From an uncultured Candidatus Saccharibacteria bacterium (GTDB lineage Bacteria; Patescibacteriota; JAUYIX01; CAYNWW01): 64,000 nucleotides of DNA. The notes beneath the pieces are model-generated. The model searched no databases and had not been told where the DNA came from. It saw only the letters and a program-made list of their open reading frames with translations. Each line of letters opens with the position of its first letter. Position 1 is the stretch's first letter. The stretch is from positions 105,003 through 169,002 of the forward strand of contig CAYNWW010000001.1 in NCBI GenBank assembly GCA_964401055.1, in the 5' to 3' direction. Positions 34,511-44,154 of the stretch are shown here, one piece after another. The position numbers and the translations under genes were made by a program.

Positions 34511-36889
34511 CTATGGCCACTCGTACGTGCACGCCGGCTTGGGAGTCGGAGTGCGAGTTTGGGTGGGCGTCTGCGTTTTGGTGCGTGTTGGTGTTACTGT
34601 GGCAGAAGCCATTCGAGTGGGTGTACGAGTTGGGGTTGCGGTGCGCGGCATCCGAGTCGGTGTGCGCGTCGCGGTTGGAGGTTGGGTTGTGGGCGTGCGG
34701 GTTGGTGTCCAGGTCGCAGGCATCGGTGTCATCGTCTTGGTCTTAGTGGCCGTGGCGATGGCTGTCGGTGTTGCGGTCGGGGTGGCAACTTCGCACACCG
34801 CAATGTGAACACCTGAAATCGAAGTGACATCAGGCGCGACAATTGCAATGTCTCCGGTTGCTTCATTGATGGTGAGCTGAGCCGTATTCGCGCTGTTCGC
34901 GTGGCTCAGATCGAGGTAATTGGTTGAGCCTGTTATGTTGGTATATGGATTGCCGCATGCAGCAGGCGTGGTGCACGAAGGGTCTTCGTACCAGATTACC
35001 TGGTTGTCTGCCGGAACTTGTGAAATCGGAGACATCCAGGCATGCATCAGCTCAGTTTCAGTTCCCATCAGAACGAGAGTTCCTTGGGAGCCGTTTTCCA
35101 TCAAGCCGACGGAAATTTCTACTGCTGGACAGCTGAAGCTCGGCGTTGGGGTTGTGGTTGAGACGGAAGTCGGTGTATTTGTCGCCATCCACGTCGGCGT
35201 ATGCGTCGGTGTGGTGGTGTTTGTTGCCGTCTTCGTTGCGGTCATGGTCGCTTGAGGCGTCCACGTCCACGTTGGTGTCGAGCTCGGGATCCAGGTCGGT
35301 GTTGGTGTGGTCGAAGTCCAGAGATAGACAACATTCACGCTTGTCACAGCCGAATCTAGGATCCAGATATCGAGTGAGTCTTTGTATAGATTCGTCCCTC
35401 CAAGATCAACGAATCCGAAATTCAGATAGCTATTTCCACTTTTTGCATTACCACATCGAGGAGCGGGTGGCGCCGGAGGAGATGCGCATTGGGGATCTGA
35501 GTACCACGTGCCTGGCCCACTAGGTGGCGCGGCAAGCGGTGGAAGAAATGCTTGTTGAAGGGTGTTGGGATCGCCGGCAACTGTGAGGGTGCCGACAGTG
35601 CCTTGAGTTGAGAGCGAGACCAGCACATGACCGGGCGTCTGGCTCTGTGCCAGATTGGCCGAGACAAGTGCTGCCGTGATCATCACGGTGAGAAATTTGT
35701 GCGATCGTCGTATGGCCTTTCTTGCAATTGCGACGATGGTTAGAATGAATGCCAACAAACCCAGATGCGTGAGATCGGCAACGCGCTGAGGCTGAACGCC
35801 TGCGCGCATCACGAGGATCTCGTCCGCAGCTTGGGCTGCAGGGATGTAGAGAAACCCATCATGTCCAGTCGGCTGCATGATTTGCAACTGAGAGGGTTTG
35901 AGGCTTTCGAGAAGAGAAACATTTGCGTTGTGCGTGACGCCATTTATTACCGCGGAAATATTTCCGCATCTACCCGTCAGGCCTTGTGGGCACGACGAGC
36001 GATTTTCCCAGACAAGCGGTGCATCCATTGGCACTGCGACCGAAAAAATCTTGGTAAAATCTCCGTCCATCGGAATGGTGAACTGAGTGATGGTTTGGAT
36101 GGTGCCGAGTTTGACCTCGCCCATCGTCGGAAGCACGGGCAAATTTTCGTAACTGGTCATGTGCGCGTACGCACTTGTACTGCTCACGCGCGAGACGCCC
36201 GAGAGGCGCCACGGTTGTGAAAAGTTTGCAGTTGATACTGTGCTTGTTGACCCGTCGCTCGCCCCAATCATAAATGCATTGGGCATTGCCGGGTTGACTT
36301 GGTACCAAGCTTTCGTTGCTTTGAGTGGTAGTGAAAACCCTTCGAGCACTCCATTGTCGTTGAGGGCGTTGACGATGAGGTCGGGTGACACTGCGTGTTG
36401 CTCAGACTTGGCAACAATCAAGGTTTCTGAAACAACTGCGCCGCCCCGAACTTGCATCACGATGCTGTTGCCGACAATGTCGATCGCTAGAGTATCCGGC
36501 GTGGAGCTTTTGACCGCAATTGCTGCCACGTTGAGCCAGCTGATGATGGTTGATCCATCAAGTGTGACCCCGACGTTGGAAATCATCGGATTTGCGGAAG
36601 GAGCCCAGATTAATATCACTTCGTTAGCGTCGGTCGGCCAGCTTTCGGTCAAGCCTCCGATCTGGTTATGTGTATCCGTCGACCAGAGCTTGCAGCCTAT
36701 AATCGGTCTGTCGCAAGGAATTCCACACTCGAGCACGTACGGGGTTTTCACCCAATCCGCGCCGAGTGAGATGGAAGGCTGATGAATGATTTTGCTGGAC
36801 AAATCAATTGTCCCTTCAATTTCCTTTGCACCAAACGCATTGGAAATTGACATGAATAATACTACGAACGTCACTGCGAAAAATCGCAT
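34511..36889 (-). CDS. Large secreted/surface protein with Thr/Pro-rich linker regions
   Basis: 792 aa with a signal peptide, a central TPTPTW/TPTxTP linker and a long C-terminal TPTRTPT repeat tail. No catalytic motif recognised. Confidence 0.6.
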   Translation of the reverse strand: MRFFAVTFVVLFMSISNAFGAKEIEGTIDLSSKIIHQPSISLGADWVKTPYVLECGIPCDRPIIGCKLWSTDTHNQIGGLTESWPTDANEVILIWAPSANPMISNVGVTLDGSTIISWLNVAAIAVKSSTPDTLAIDIVGNSIVMQVRGGAVVSETLIVAKSEQHAVSPDLIVNALNDNGVLEGFSLPLKATKAWYQVNPAMPNAFMIGASDGSTSTVSTANFSQPWRLSGVSRVSSTSAYAHMTSYENLPVLPTMGEVKLGTIQTITQFTIPMDGDFTKIFSVAVPMDAPLVWENRSSCPQGLTGRCGNISAVINGVTHNANVSLLESLKPSQLQIMQPTGHDGFLYIPAAQAADEILVMRAGVQPQRVADLTHLGLLAFILTIVAIARKAIRRSHKFLTVMITAALVSANLAQSQTPGHVLVSLSTQGTVGTLTVAGDPNTLQQAFLPPLAAPPSGPGTWYSDPQCASPPAPPAPRCGNAKSGNSYLNFGFVDLGGTNLYKDSLDIWILDSAVTSVNVVYLWTSTTPTPTWIPSSTPTWTWTPQATMTATKTATNTTTPTHTPTWMATNTPTSVSTTTPTPSFSCPAVEISVGLMENGSQGTLVLMGTETELMHAWMSPISQVPADNQVIWYEDPSCTTPAACGNPYTNITGSTNYLDLSHANSANTAQLTINEATGDIAIVAPDVTSISGVHIAVCEVATPTATPTAIATATKTKTMTPMPATWTPTRTPTTQPPTATRTPTRMPRTATPTRTPTRMASATVTPTRTKTQTPTQTRTPTPKPACTYEWP

Positions 36890-36973
36890 GGCGATGCTCC
36901 TCCTAATTGAGATCTATTTTGTTAACGAGCGGTCGAAACCTGCTCAGATCGCTGCGTGTGGTGCGTGCGTATA

Positions 36974-38365
36974 CTACGCCTGCGCGGCGGTCCGAGAAGA
37001 TTTCTGCGTGAGCTGTGCTGAGACGACCAGAAGCGCCATCAAAAACCAGGCGATGCCCAGCCAAAATCCGGTGGTGATTTGAAAACTCACCAGCATGAGC
37101 ACGTTGGTCAGGAAGAGCGCAAACAAGATGAGGCGAAGTTGCGGATCAGTATCCGTGCGTGCGAGTGCTTGTCGTGCGAGCAGAAAAAACCGCCACAGAA
37201 TAATGAGAAACACCACGAGCCCGATGACGCCGGTGTCGTTGAGTACGGTCAAAAAAATGTTGGTGAGAAATGGTTCGTAGCCGGCGATCTCACGGTCGCG
37301 TTCTTGGACAAACGGCGTAATGCCGATGATTTTATAACTGCCCGGGCCATTGCCCAGGAGTGGTTTTTCTTGAATATGTGTAAATGAGTCCAGCATGGTC
37401 TGGACACGCGGCTCTTCGTTGAGTGTTTGGGGATTTGTGATACTTGCGAATCGGTCATGAATTACGGATTGCACTTGGGGTACGGCGATGGCAAGGATGA
37501 TGACTAGAAGCGCGGATGCGATGCCGCCAAACACAAACAAGCGCGAACGGACAAGCGCATGTTTATTGTCGCGCGTTACCAGGCGATGGTGAAGCGCCGG
37601 CACGAGTGCAATCCCGGCCGCAAGTGCAACCCACGACCCGCGCGTCACTGATAAGATGTTGCCGAGCAAAAATGCCGCGCTGATGAACACAAGCGTAGAT
37701 TTATTTCTCATTTCGCGCATGGAGATTGCGAGCACGCCTGTGATGAAAAACAACAGCGCGGTCGCAAAGCCAAACCAGTCCGGCTCGACAAATGTGCCGT
37801 ACGGGCGGCCGAAGGAAATAATATCCGATTGCATTTTTTCCATCAGCGGCAGGTTGATATGCAAAAGCGCCACCGCCATTTGGCTTCCGATTTGGTACAA
37901 GCCGATCGTCAATTCCATCAAGCCTGCGGCGAAGAAATATTTGAGTACGGCGACAAACGATTGGCGCGTCCAACCGAAATTGGTGAGGATGAAATACAGC
38001 ATGGTCAGGAGCACGATCACGCTGCCGACTTTGATGCTTTGGTAGGCGTCGACTGCTTGAGTGATTGCTCCGATGTTGATCAGCGCATACAGTGCGAGCG
38101 GACCGTCGAGCGGCGTGCGATTCCATTTTTTTGCGCGGCGCACGAATACATCAAACATCAGGCGCGCGAATAGGATGACGATGAGTATGTGATAGATGCG
38201 GATGCGCGCGCCGGCGACCGAGAGTGAAAATGCATCAGACTCAAGAAACAGTGAAGGCGCGAGAAGAGCGAGGCCGAAGGTCGGCTTGAGAAAAATGGCT
38301 ACGCCGAATGCAGTCAGTACGACCGTTGCAATGACGATGAGCTCAGGTGAGAAAAAATTATTCAT
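36974..38365 (-). CDS. Polytopic membrane protein, O-antigen ligase/Wzy-like family
   Basis: 463 aa with about 11 TM helices and a large loop, followed by two GT4 genes. Confidence 0.55.
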   Translation of the reverse strand: MNNFFSPELIVIATVVLTAFGVAIFLKPTFGLALLAPSLFLESDAFSLSVAGARIRIYHILIVILFARLMFDVFVRRAKKWNRTPLDGPLALYALINIGAITQAVDAYQSIKVGSVIVLLTMLYFILTNFGWTRQSFVAVLKYFFAAGLMELTIGLYQIGSQMAVALLHINLPLMEKMQSDIISFGRPYGTFVEPDWFGFATALLFFITGVLAISMREMRNKSTLVFISAAFLLGNILSVTRGSWVALAAGIALVPALHHRLVTRDNKHALVRSRLFVFGGIASALLVIILAIAVPQVQSVIHDRFASITNPQTLNEEPRVQTMLDSFTHIQEKPLLGNGPGSYKIIGITPFVQERDREIAGYEPFLTNIFLTVLNDTGVIGLVVFLIILWRFFLLARQALARTDTDPQLRLILFALFLTNVLMLVSFQITTGFWLGIAWFLMALLVVSAQLTQKSSRTAAQA

Positions 38366-39551
38366 GGGAGCGTTCCCCGGATAAATTCACGAGTTTGCCC
38401 GAGCGCGCCGTGATGGTTTGCAAGATCAGATCCTCGTACGCACCGATGGAATTTTTCCAAGTGTATTGGCGGCGGACATGCTCGATCGCCTTTCGGCGCA
38501 AGCTGCGCGCGAGCAGTGGATGATGTGCGAGGTGATCGATTTTGCGTGCGAGGTCGCGCGTGTTGCGTTCGGACACTTTGAAAAACAACGCCGAGCCGTT
38601 GGCAACTTCGCGCAACTCGGGTTTGTCATTTGCCAAGACGCAGTTGCCAAATCCCATTGCCTCGATCAGTGCCGGATGTGTCCCGCCCACTTCAGTCGCC
38701 TGGATGTACGCGTACGCATTTTGTTGCAACGATTTGTAATTTTTTCCATACACAAAGCCAAGGAATTTAATCCGCGGATCACGCGTGGCGCGGATCGCCT
38801 GTTCGAATTCCGGATCGTATGTCGAGCCTCCAATCATTACCAGGCTTTTTTTGGTCGTAGTTTGTTCAAATGCCTTCACAACCAAGTGCGGATTATTTTC
38901 CGGCTCAAACCGACTTACATAGAGAAAATAATTGCCAAGCTTGATGCCAAATTTTTTTTCAAGCGCGCGGTCTTTTTTGCGTTGAATGCGGGCGCCGTAC
39001 GGAATCATAGTGCTCTGCTTGCGATAGGTATCTAGATAAAAATCTTGAATCACTTTCGCATCGGTGATTATTTCCGTCGCGGTCCATGTTGCAAGCCATG
39101 CGCAAAATTTCAAATACATGCGCGCGATGCGACCCCATTTTTTGCGTTCCCATTCGAGGCCGTCGACGTTGAGCAATACCGGCGTGCCCACTAGGCGCGG
39201 AATCCACGCAATCGGCGCATTGCCCACGTTGACCATCACGATGGCGTCGTAGCGTCGGGTCGCCGCATGCAATGCTGCAAGCAGCGAGTGTCCGATTGTA
39301 TCAAAAAATTTGTTTTTGATGGACGGGATGTTGATGATGTGCACACCCTTGTATGCATCGCGTCGTTTGGTACCTGCGTATACGCGGTTGTACGAAGTCA
39401 TGTCAAAACCATGTCGTGCGAGTCGAATGCACAATTCTTCGGCAAATGTTTCAAACCCGCCGTAATTTCCCGGGATGCCGCGATGGCCGATGACCGCGAT
39501 GCGTAGATTTTTTGCTGATTTATTTGGCATAGTGGTTGTAGAGTTGTTCAA
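38358..39551 (-). CDS. GT4-family glycosyltransferase with DUF1972-like N-terminal domain
   Basis: The N-terminus is LRIAVIGHRGIPGNYGGFETFAEEL, which is DUF1972-like, followed by a GT-B C-domain. Confidence 0.75.
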   Translation of the reverse strand: MNNSTTTMPNKSAKNLRIAVIGHRGIPGNYGGFETFAEELCIRLARHGFDMTSYNRVYAGTKRRDAYKGVHIINIPSIKNKFFDTIGHSLLAALHAATRRYDAIVMVNVGNAPIAWIPRLVGTPVLLNVDGLEWERKKWGRIARMYLKFCAWLATWTATEIITDAKVIQDFYLDTYRKQSTMIPYGARIQRKKDRALEKKFGIKLGNYFLYVSRFEPENNPHLVVKAFEQTTTKKSLVMIGGSTYDPEFEQAIRATRDPRIKFLGFVYGKNYKSLQQNAYAYIQATEVGGTHPALIEAMGFGNCVLANDKPELREVANGSALFFKVSERNTRDLARKIDHLAHHPLLARSLRRKAIEHVRRQYTWKNSIGAYEDLILQTITARSGKLVNLSGERSHE

Positions 39552-40689
39552 TGGCAGTCACCGTGCGTTGCTGTGAGAATTTTTCAGAAACCGTTGCAAA
39601 TGCTGCCGCACTGAGACGTTCGCGAAGCGCGCGATTTTCAACCAAAATAAGTAATTGGTGCGCGAGATCGTCCGGGTTTTGCGGCTCGGCGAGGAGTCCG
39701 TTGATTTTATCCGTGATGATTTCTTGCAAGCCCCCGATGCGCGATACCACGACCGGCTTGCTCATTGCCATTGCCTCGAGTGATGCGATGCCCAATCCTT
39801 CGCAAATCGATGGCATGGCGAAGATATCAAAACGCGCGAGTTCGGGGCGAATGTCTTGGTGAAATCCGGTGAGTGTGACGTGTGCGTTGAGGCCGAGCTC
39901 GGCGATCAGTGTAGTGAGCTTGTCGCGAAATTTGTGCTGATTTTTATACACATCGCCCATGATCACCAAGCGCGTGTTTGGGTGCGCGGCATGTACTTGC
40001 GCAAATGCGCGAATCAAATCATCTTGACCCTTGAGCGCGTTGATGCGGCCGATGTTGCCGATCACGATCGCATTATCCGATACGGCGCGTTGTGGTTGCG
40101 TGAATTGGGAAAAATGCGCCACGTCGATGCCGTCATAAATCGTGAGCGTCTTTTTTTGTGAAGCAAATTGTGCCGCTACGGAATTGCTGACGGTGATCAC
40201 TTGTTTTGACATCGCTTGCATGAACCAGGTGTAAAGCCGTTTGGCCGGTGAGTTGGAAATATTAATAAATTCGCGCGCGTGCCAGATGTGCGGAATTCCG
40301 AGGAGTCGTGCCGCGATCGCGCCCGGCAAAATTACCGACGTGTTGGTGTGAACCACGCTGGCCTGGTGCGTGCGTGCGATGCGCATGATTTTTGCCACGG
40401 ACAGAGGAAATCGCCAGATAAATTCGGCAAGACCGCGCAGCGTGAGATTGGCTCGACGCAAAATACTGATTGGATACACGATGTATGGAATGTGGTGCGC
40501 ATCCAGATCTGCGGTAAACGTGCCCTGCTCCGGCACCAGTACGAGTGGTTTGAAGCGCGTTTGATCAAGGTTGGTGACAAGCGAAAGCAGCGCCCGATCC
40601 GAACCGTAGGAATCCGACGAGGAATGCACGTATAAAATGGTGAACGGTGATTTCCGCTTCATTGAGAGGAAAATTAGAGTTACACACAC
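39520..40689 (-). CDS. GT4-family glycosyltransferase
   Basis: It carries the motif EGLGIASLEAMAMSKPVVVS. The N-terminus FTILYVHSSSDSYGSDRAL is typical of GT4. Confidence 0.8.
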   Translation of the reverse strand: MCVTLIFLSMKRKSPFTILYVHSSSDSYGSDRALLSLVTNLDQTRFKPLVLVPEQGTFTADLDAHHIPYIVYPISILRRANLTLRGLAEFIWRFPLSVAKIMRIARTHQASVVHTNTSVILPGAIAARLLGIPHIWHAREFINISNSPAKRLYTWFMQAMSKQVITVSNSVAAQFASQKKTLTIYDGIDVAHFSQFTQPQRAVSDNAIVIGNIGRINALKGQDDLIRAFAQVHAAHPNTRLVIMGDVYKNQHKFRDKLTTLIAELGLNAHVTLTGFHQDIRPELARFDIFAMPSICEGLGIASLEAMAMSKPVVVSRIGGLQEIITDKINGLLAEPQNPDDLAHQLLILVENRALRERLSAAAFATVSEKFSQQRTVTAIEQLYNHYAK

Positions 40690-40784
40690 TGGCTATTTAT
40701 ACTATAATAAAAATCGATTTATGTCAAGTTTTGGCGGGGGTTTCGGGTGAACATATTGAGGCAAATCTCAGCGGCCGTGCGGAA

Positions 40785-40852
40785 TTTTTCCCAAAAGAAA
40801 AAACCCACAGCGATATCTGTCAGCAGTGCTGATCACATTCGTGTGGGTTTGG
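40785..40852 (-). terminator. Rho-independent terminator
   Basis: On the minus strand a long hairpin (AAACCCACAC...GTGTGGGTTT) is followed by TTTTTTCTTTTGGG. Confidence 0.5.
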
Positions 40853-40854
40853 GG

Positions 40855-41688
40855 TTAGTTGTTTTGGTTCCTCCGTGCTAATTCGGCCTGCTCGTCAGGC
40901 GTTGCTGAGCTTTGCAGACGCGCCTGCTCTGCAGAGGTTGATTGGTAGTCGATTGCATAGAAGCCAATCGGTACCGGTTTTCCGTCCTCGCTTTTTGTGG
41001 CAGAGCGGAGATTTGAGAAAAAATCTATTTGATCATCTTTCTCCTTTTTGCTGAGGTTCTTGTTATTCCGGATTTTATCCAGAAACTCCTTGGTTACCAC
41101 AGCTTTGGGGTTTTTCATGCCCTTGTAGTCGCCATTACTGACAACGGCATCATCGTTGATCCAGGCTCCGTATTGGAGTCTTGCAGCTTTGTCTCGACCG
41201 CTGATGACGAAGAAATTTCCGAGCAGTTTATCCTGCATGAACTTTTCGCTGACAACGGCACTGCACATCCAGCCATCATTCAGCATCTTGCAAGGTAGAT
41301 AGACTCGTTGCTTGCGCCCCGAAGCCCAAAAAACTTGCTTGCCGTCAGACTCGCTGAGTGGCACTGAGCCATTCTCTACGTCGCGGGCGGTTGATTCATC
41401 CGGAGCGGCCAGTTGGTTTTTAACCGTGCTGAACGCTTGGATTTGCGGAATGAGAATTTCTTCCCATCCGTACTGCAGCGGGCTTTCTCGAAAAAACGCA
41501 CTGATTTGCACATTGCCATTATCGAGACGCACGGCTGATAGTTCGTATGCCACGCTCGGGACTCGATCGCCCGCGCTTTCGGCAGTTGCAGTGTTGTTGT
41601 TGATGATGAGCATGATGACCGCAATCATCATGCAGGTGAGCAGTGTCTTAATTCCCTGATACATGCGAGATCTCCTTGTTGTTCGCAT
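40855..41688 (-). CDS. Secreted hypothetical protein
   Basis: 277 aa with a signal/TM segment (LLTCMMIAVIMLII). No family recognised. It sits in a lower-GC block. Confidence 0.45.
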   Translation of the reverse strand: MRTTRRSRMYQGIKTLLTCMMIAVIMLIINNNTATAESAGDRVPSVAYELSAVRLDNGNVQISAFFRESPLQYGWEEILIPQIQAFSTVKNQLAAPDESTARDVENGSVPLSESDGKQVFWASGRKQRVYLPCKMLNDGWMCSAVVSEKFMQDKLLGNFFVISGRDKAARLQYGAWINDDAVVSNGDYKGMKNPKAVVTKEFLDKIRNNKNLSKKEKDDQIDFFSNLRSATKSEDGKPVPIGFYAIDYQSTSAEQARLQSSATPDEQAELARRNQNN

Positions 41689-42325
41689 AGGGCAAAATCA
41701 ATTGAGCCTTCCAATCCAAGAAGCTGTATGCAACTTGGTTGGTTGCTGAATATGATCCAAGCCATCTGCTGGCATGTGGAGCGTGTACTGGCGTAACAAG
41801 CTCCACAATAGTCATTTCAGCTTCCGCAAACGGTGGAAAAACAAATACTCCTTTCGCCTGATCCAAGAGGATCTTTGTTTTCTTGTTGTTTGCATCAAAT
41901 ATGAGCGAGTCTGTTGCTGGACAGTTGATATTTGTCCAGAAAGTTTCCCCCTTTCCAGGCTCGTCTCCCGCGTACATATTGGCCGCCTCTTGCGAGTAGC
42001 CGGGGGATATAGAGAAATAACGTACGCGAGTAGTGGGATCAGCTTCAGTGCCAATTAGGCACTTAAGGATTTTTACTCCTTCGCTATTTGTAGCGACAAA
42101 ATCTTTCCCCTGAATGAGTCCAATTTTTTTTCCATGCGGCCCAAGCATGAATTTGCTTGGGTCATTTGGGTCCATAAGGTAAGAGTATGTTGCGGTTGGA
42201 GTTTTGTAGTTATCTCCCGGTTCATTTGGGTCATTGCCATCTGGATGATCCAGATTGTTATCTGGCCCGCATGCCGAGAGGAGAATCGTAGCAAGCATGA
42301 CGCCAAGCGTCAATAACTTTTTCAT
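41648..42325 (-). CDS. Lipoprotein, hypothetical
   Basis: It has a lipobox-type signal peptide, MKKLLTLGVMLATILLSAC. Confidence 0.5.
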   Translation of the reverse strand: MKKLLTLGVMLATILLSACGPDNNLDHPDGNDPNEPGDNYKTPTATYSYLMDPNDPSKFMLGPHGKKIGLIQGKDFVATNSEGVKILKCLIGTEADPTTRVRYFSISPGYSQEAANMYAGDEPGKGETFWTNINCPATDSLIFDANNKKTKILLDQAKGVFVFPPFAEAEMTIVELVTPVHAPHASRWLGSYSATNQVAYSFLDWKAQLILPYANNKEISHVSGN

Positions 42326-42337
42326 GATAGCCCATCC

Positions 42338-43261
42338 TTACCACAAGGAGAAGTTTTCTGATACCGAAATGCGAAATCCTGCTTGAGTGGTGTCACTGAC
42401 GACATCCCATCTGTGCATCAGAGGGCTGTACGACCACACTTCAGTGCGGGTCCATTCAGCCAGCGCTTCTACAAACAAATGAAGACGTGAGTTGTACGCT
42501 TCGATCATTGGACCCCCAAAATGGGGAGTAATTCGCGCATAGCGTTTACCATCAATCTCTTGAGTTTCCATATGCGCGAAATAGAACAGTCGCACCTCCC
42601 AGTTTCCTTTTTGAAGAGATGGGATGGCGAGATAGTCGTCGCTTACTAGACTTGAGAGATTGATCCCAAGGCCAAGATTTCCGCCAATCACATCAACGTC
42701 ATCTGGCGGGAATTGTCGCCAATCTCTCTCGAACAGCGCTCGCGCTTCAGTAAATCCGGCAATCGCACGTGTGCCAACTCGAAACAACGATTCGTTTGCT
42801 TTTCCGAATTGCTGCTCAAAACTCACTTGAGTTGTTACAAGTTTGATATTTATACTCGCTGATACGGCTGCGAGCGCCTTCCATCCAAAATAGGGATTTG
42901 AAGGCGTGAGGCTGTCGGCGTCTGCAGGGTCGGCCGTGTTATTCGCGCCAGCGCTAAATGAGATTTCAAACGGCCTTTTTTTTCCGAGTAGCGGGACATA
43001 ATGTCGAAACTTTTGCACGATCACCACAAATCCTTCAAGAAACTTAAAATGATTCATGTGTGCATCGTTGGCAATCGGATCCCACCAGAGCGATGTCCCA
43101 ACAGTCGAAAAGAGTAGAATTTCGAGTTTTGCCCGCTCCCACTTCCCGCTTGCCTCTTGATTTTCTGAATCCATACTATTTACGTCGGGCGCATTTGCCG
43201 CCCATGATTGACCGCAACATATGCGTAACGCGAGAAATATGAACACGAATAATCGTTTCAT
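42338..43261 (-). CDS. Secreted hypothetical protein (beta-rich)
   Basis: 307 aa with a signal peptide (MKRLFVFIFLALRICCGQSWA). Alternating hydrophobic patterns and a C-terminal ...NFSLW suggest beta structure. Confidence 0.45.
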   Translation of the reverse strand: MKRLFVFIFLALRICCGQSWAANAPDVNSMDSENQEASGKWERAKLEILLFSTVGTSLWWDPIANDAHMNHFKFLEGFVVIVQKFRHYVPLLGKKRPFEISFSAGANNTADPADADSLTPSNPYFGWKALAAVSASINIKLVTTQVSFEQQFGKANESLFRVGTRAIAGFTEARALFERDWRQFPPDDVDVIGGNLGLGINLSSLVSDDYLAIPSLQKGNWEVRLFYFAHMETQEIDGKRYARITPHFGGPMIEAYNSRLHLFVEALAEWTRTEVWSYSPLMHRWDVVSDTTQAGFRISVSENFSLW

Positions 43262-43363
43262 ACCCCCTCCTTTTCAAGAATAGGTTGGTAAATTGCTATC
43301 TGTAAAAGTCGCATTACTGCGGGCGACGTATCGTCACTCCGCAGAATATCCGTCTTTTACGTA

Positions 43364-44059
43364 TTATTGTGTGTGCTTTGCTTCCAGTGTCGCGCGTCGA
43401 CGCTCGATCGCTTCGCGCACAAATGCGCGCGGGCTTTTTGCGGCAAAAATGTTGCGCTTGCCGGATTCATATCGCACGACGAGCACAAGAAGCCCTCCGA
43501 TGCCGCCGAGCACAAATCCGAGCGCGGTGTCTTCAGGAATGTTTGGAATCACGGTGCGATCTGAGACGCGCGGGCCGTCGATGATGCGAATCGTCACATC
43601 GTCTCCGCCGCCGTGATATTCTTTGCCTTGCGTCACGAGCACGTTGGCGATTGCATGCGCGATTTGTTCGGCCTGCAATTTGTCGCGATTATACACGCTG
43701 ACCGTGATGATGCCGGTGTCTTTCAAAATATCTACCGACACGGTTTTTTTCCACGACTTTAATTTTTGTTCGTCGGTCACGCCAAAATTATCTGTGATAA
43801 AATAATCCGCGCGCATCACGCTTTGGAAAAACGAATTGGTGTACATGACTTCGCGCAACACGGATGAAATATTTTCCGCCGACTTTGACGCAGTGTACGG
43901 ATCAATTTTTTCCTGACTTTGCTGAATGACGAGCAGCTTTGTAGTCGCCTCGTATTTATCTTGTTGTACCAGTGTCACGCCCAACGTCAAAAGTCCGGCA
44001 CCTGCCGCAAGCATCAGAATGAAAAACCAATTTTTCGTCAAATACGTGATGTAGCTCAT
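43364..44059 (-). CDS. Wzz/YveK-like polysaccharide chain-length determinant (short form)
   Basis: 231 aa. The N-terminal TM is WFFILMLAAGAGLLTLGVTL, the domain is Wzz-like (EATTKLLVIQQSQ) and the C-terminal TM is LGFVLGGIGGLLVLVV. Confidence 0.6.
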   Translation of the reverse strand: MSYITYLTKNWFFILMLAAGAGLLTLGVTLVQQDKYEATTKLLVIQQSQEKIDPYTASKSAENISSVLREVMYTNSFFQSVMRADYFITDNFGVTDEQKLKSWKKTVSVDILKDTGIITVSVYNRDKLQAEQIAHAIANVLVTQGKEYHGGGDDVTIRIIDGPRVSDRTVIPNIPEDTALGFVLGGIGGLLVLVVRYESGKRNIFAAKSPRAFVREAIERRRATLEAKHTQ

Positions 44060-44102
44060 GAATGGATATAATTGAGTGTTCCGCTCTTTATATCATGATA
44101 TG

Positions 44103-44144
44103 TATTTTTTGTCAAGAAAAACCCCTTCATTATGGGAAGGGGTT
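44103..44144 (-). terminator. Rho-independent terminator
   Basis: On the minus strand the hairpin CCCCTTCCCATAATGAAGGGG is followed by TTTTTCTTG. Confidence 0.5.
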
Positions 44145-44154
44145 GAGGTGAAAT

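Noticed and set aside
34513-35523. Plus-strand ORFs 34513..34746, 34527..34808, 34920..35255, 35146..35523 (Gly/Val/Arg-rich)
   Set aside because: They are antisense to the Thr/Pro repeat region of the 792-aa surface protein and are a repeat-driven artefact.
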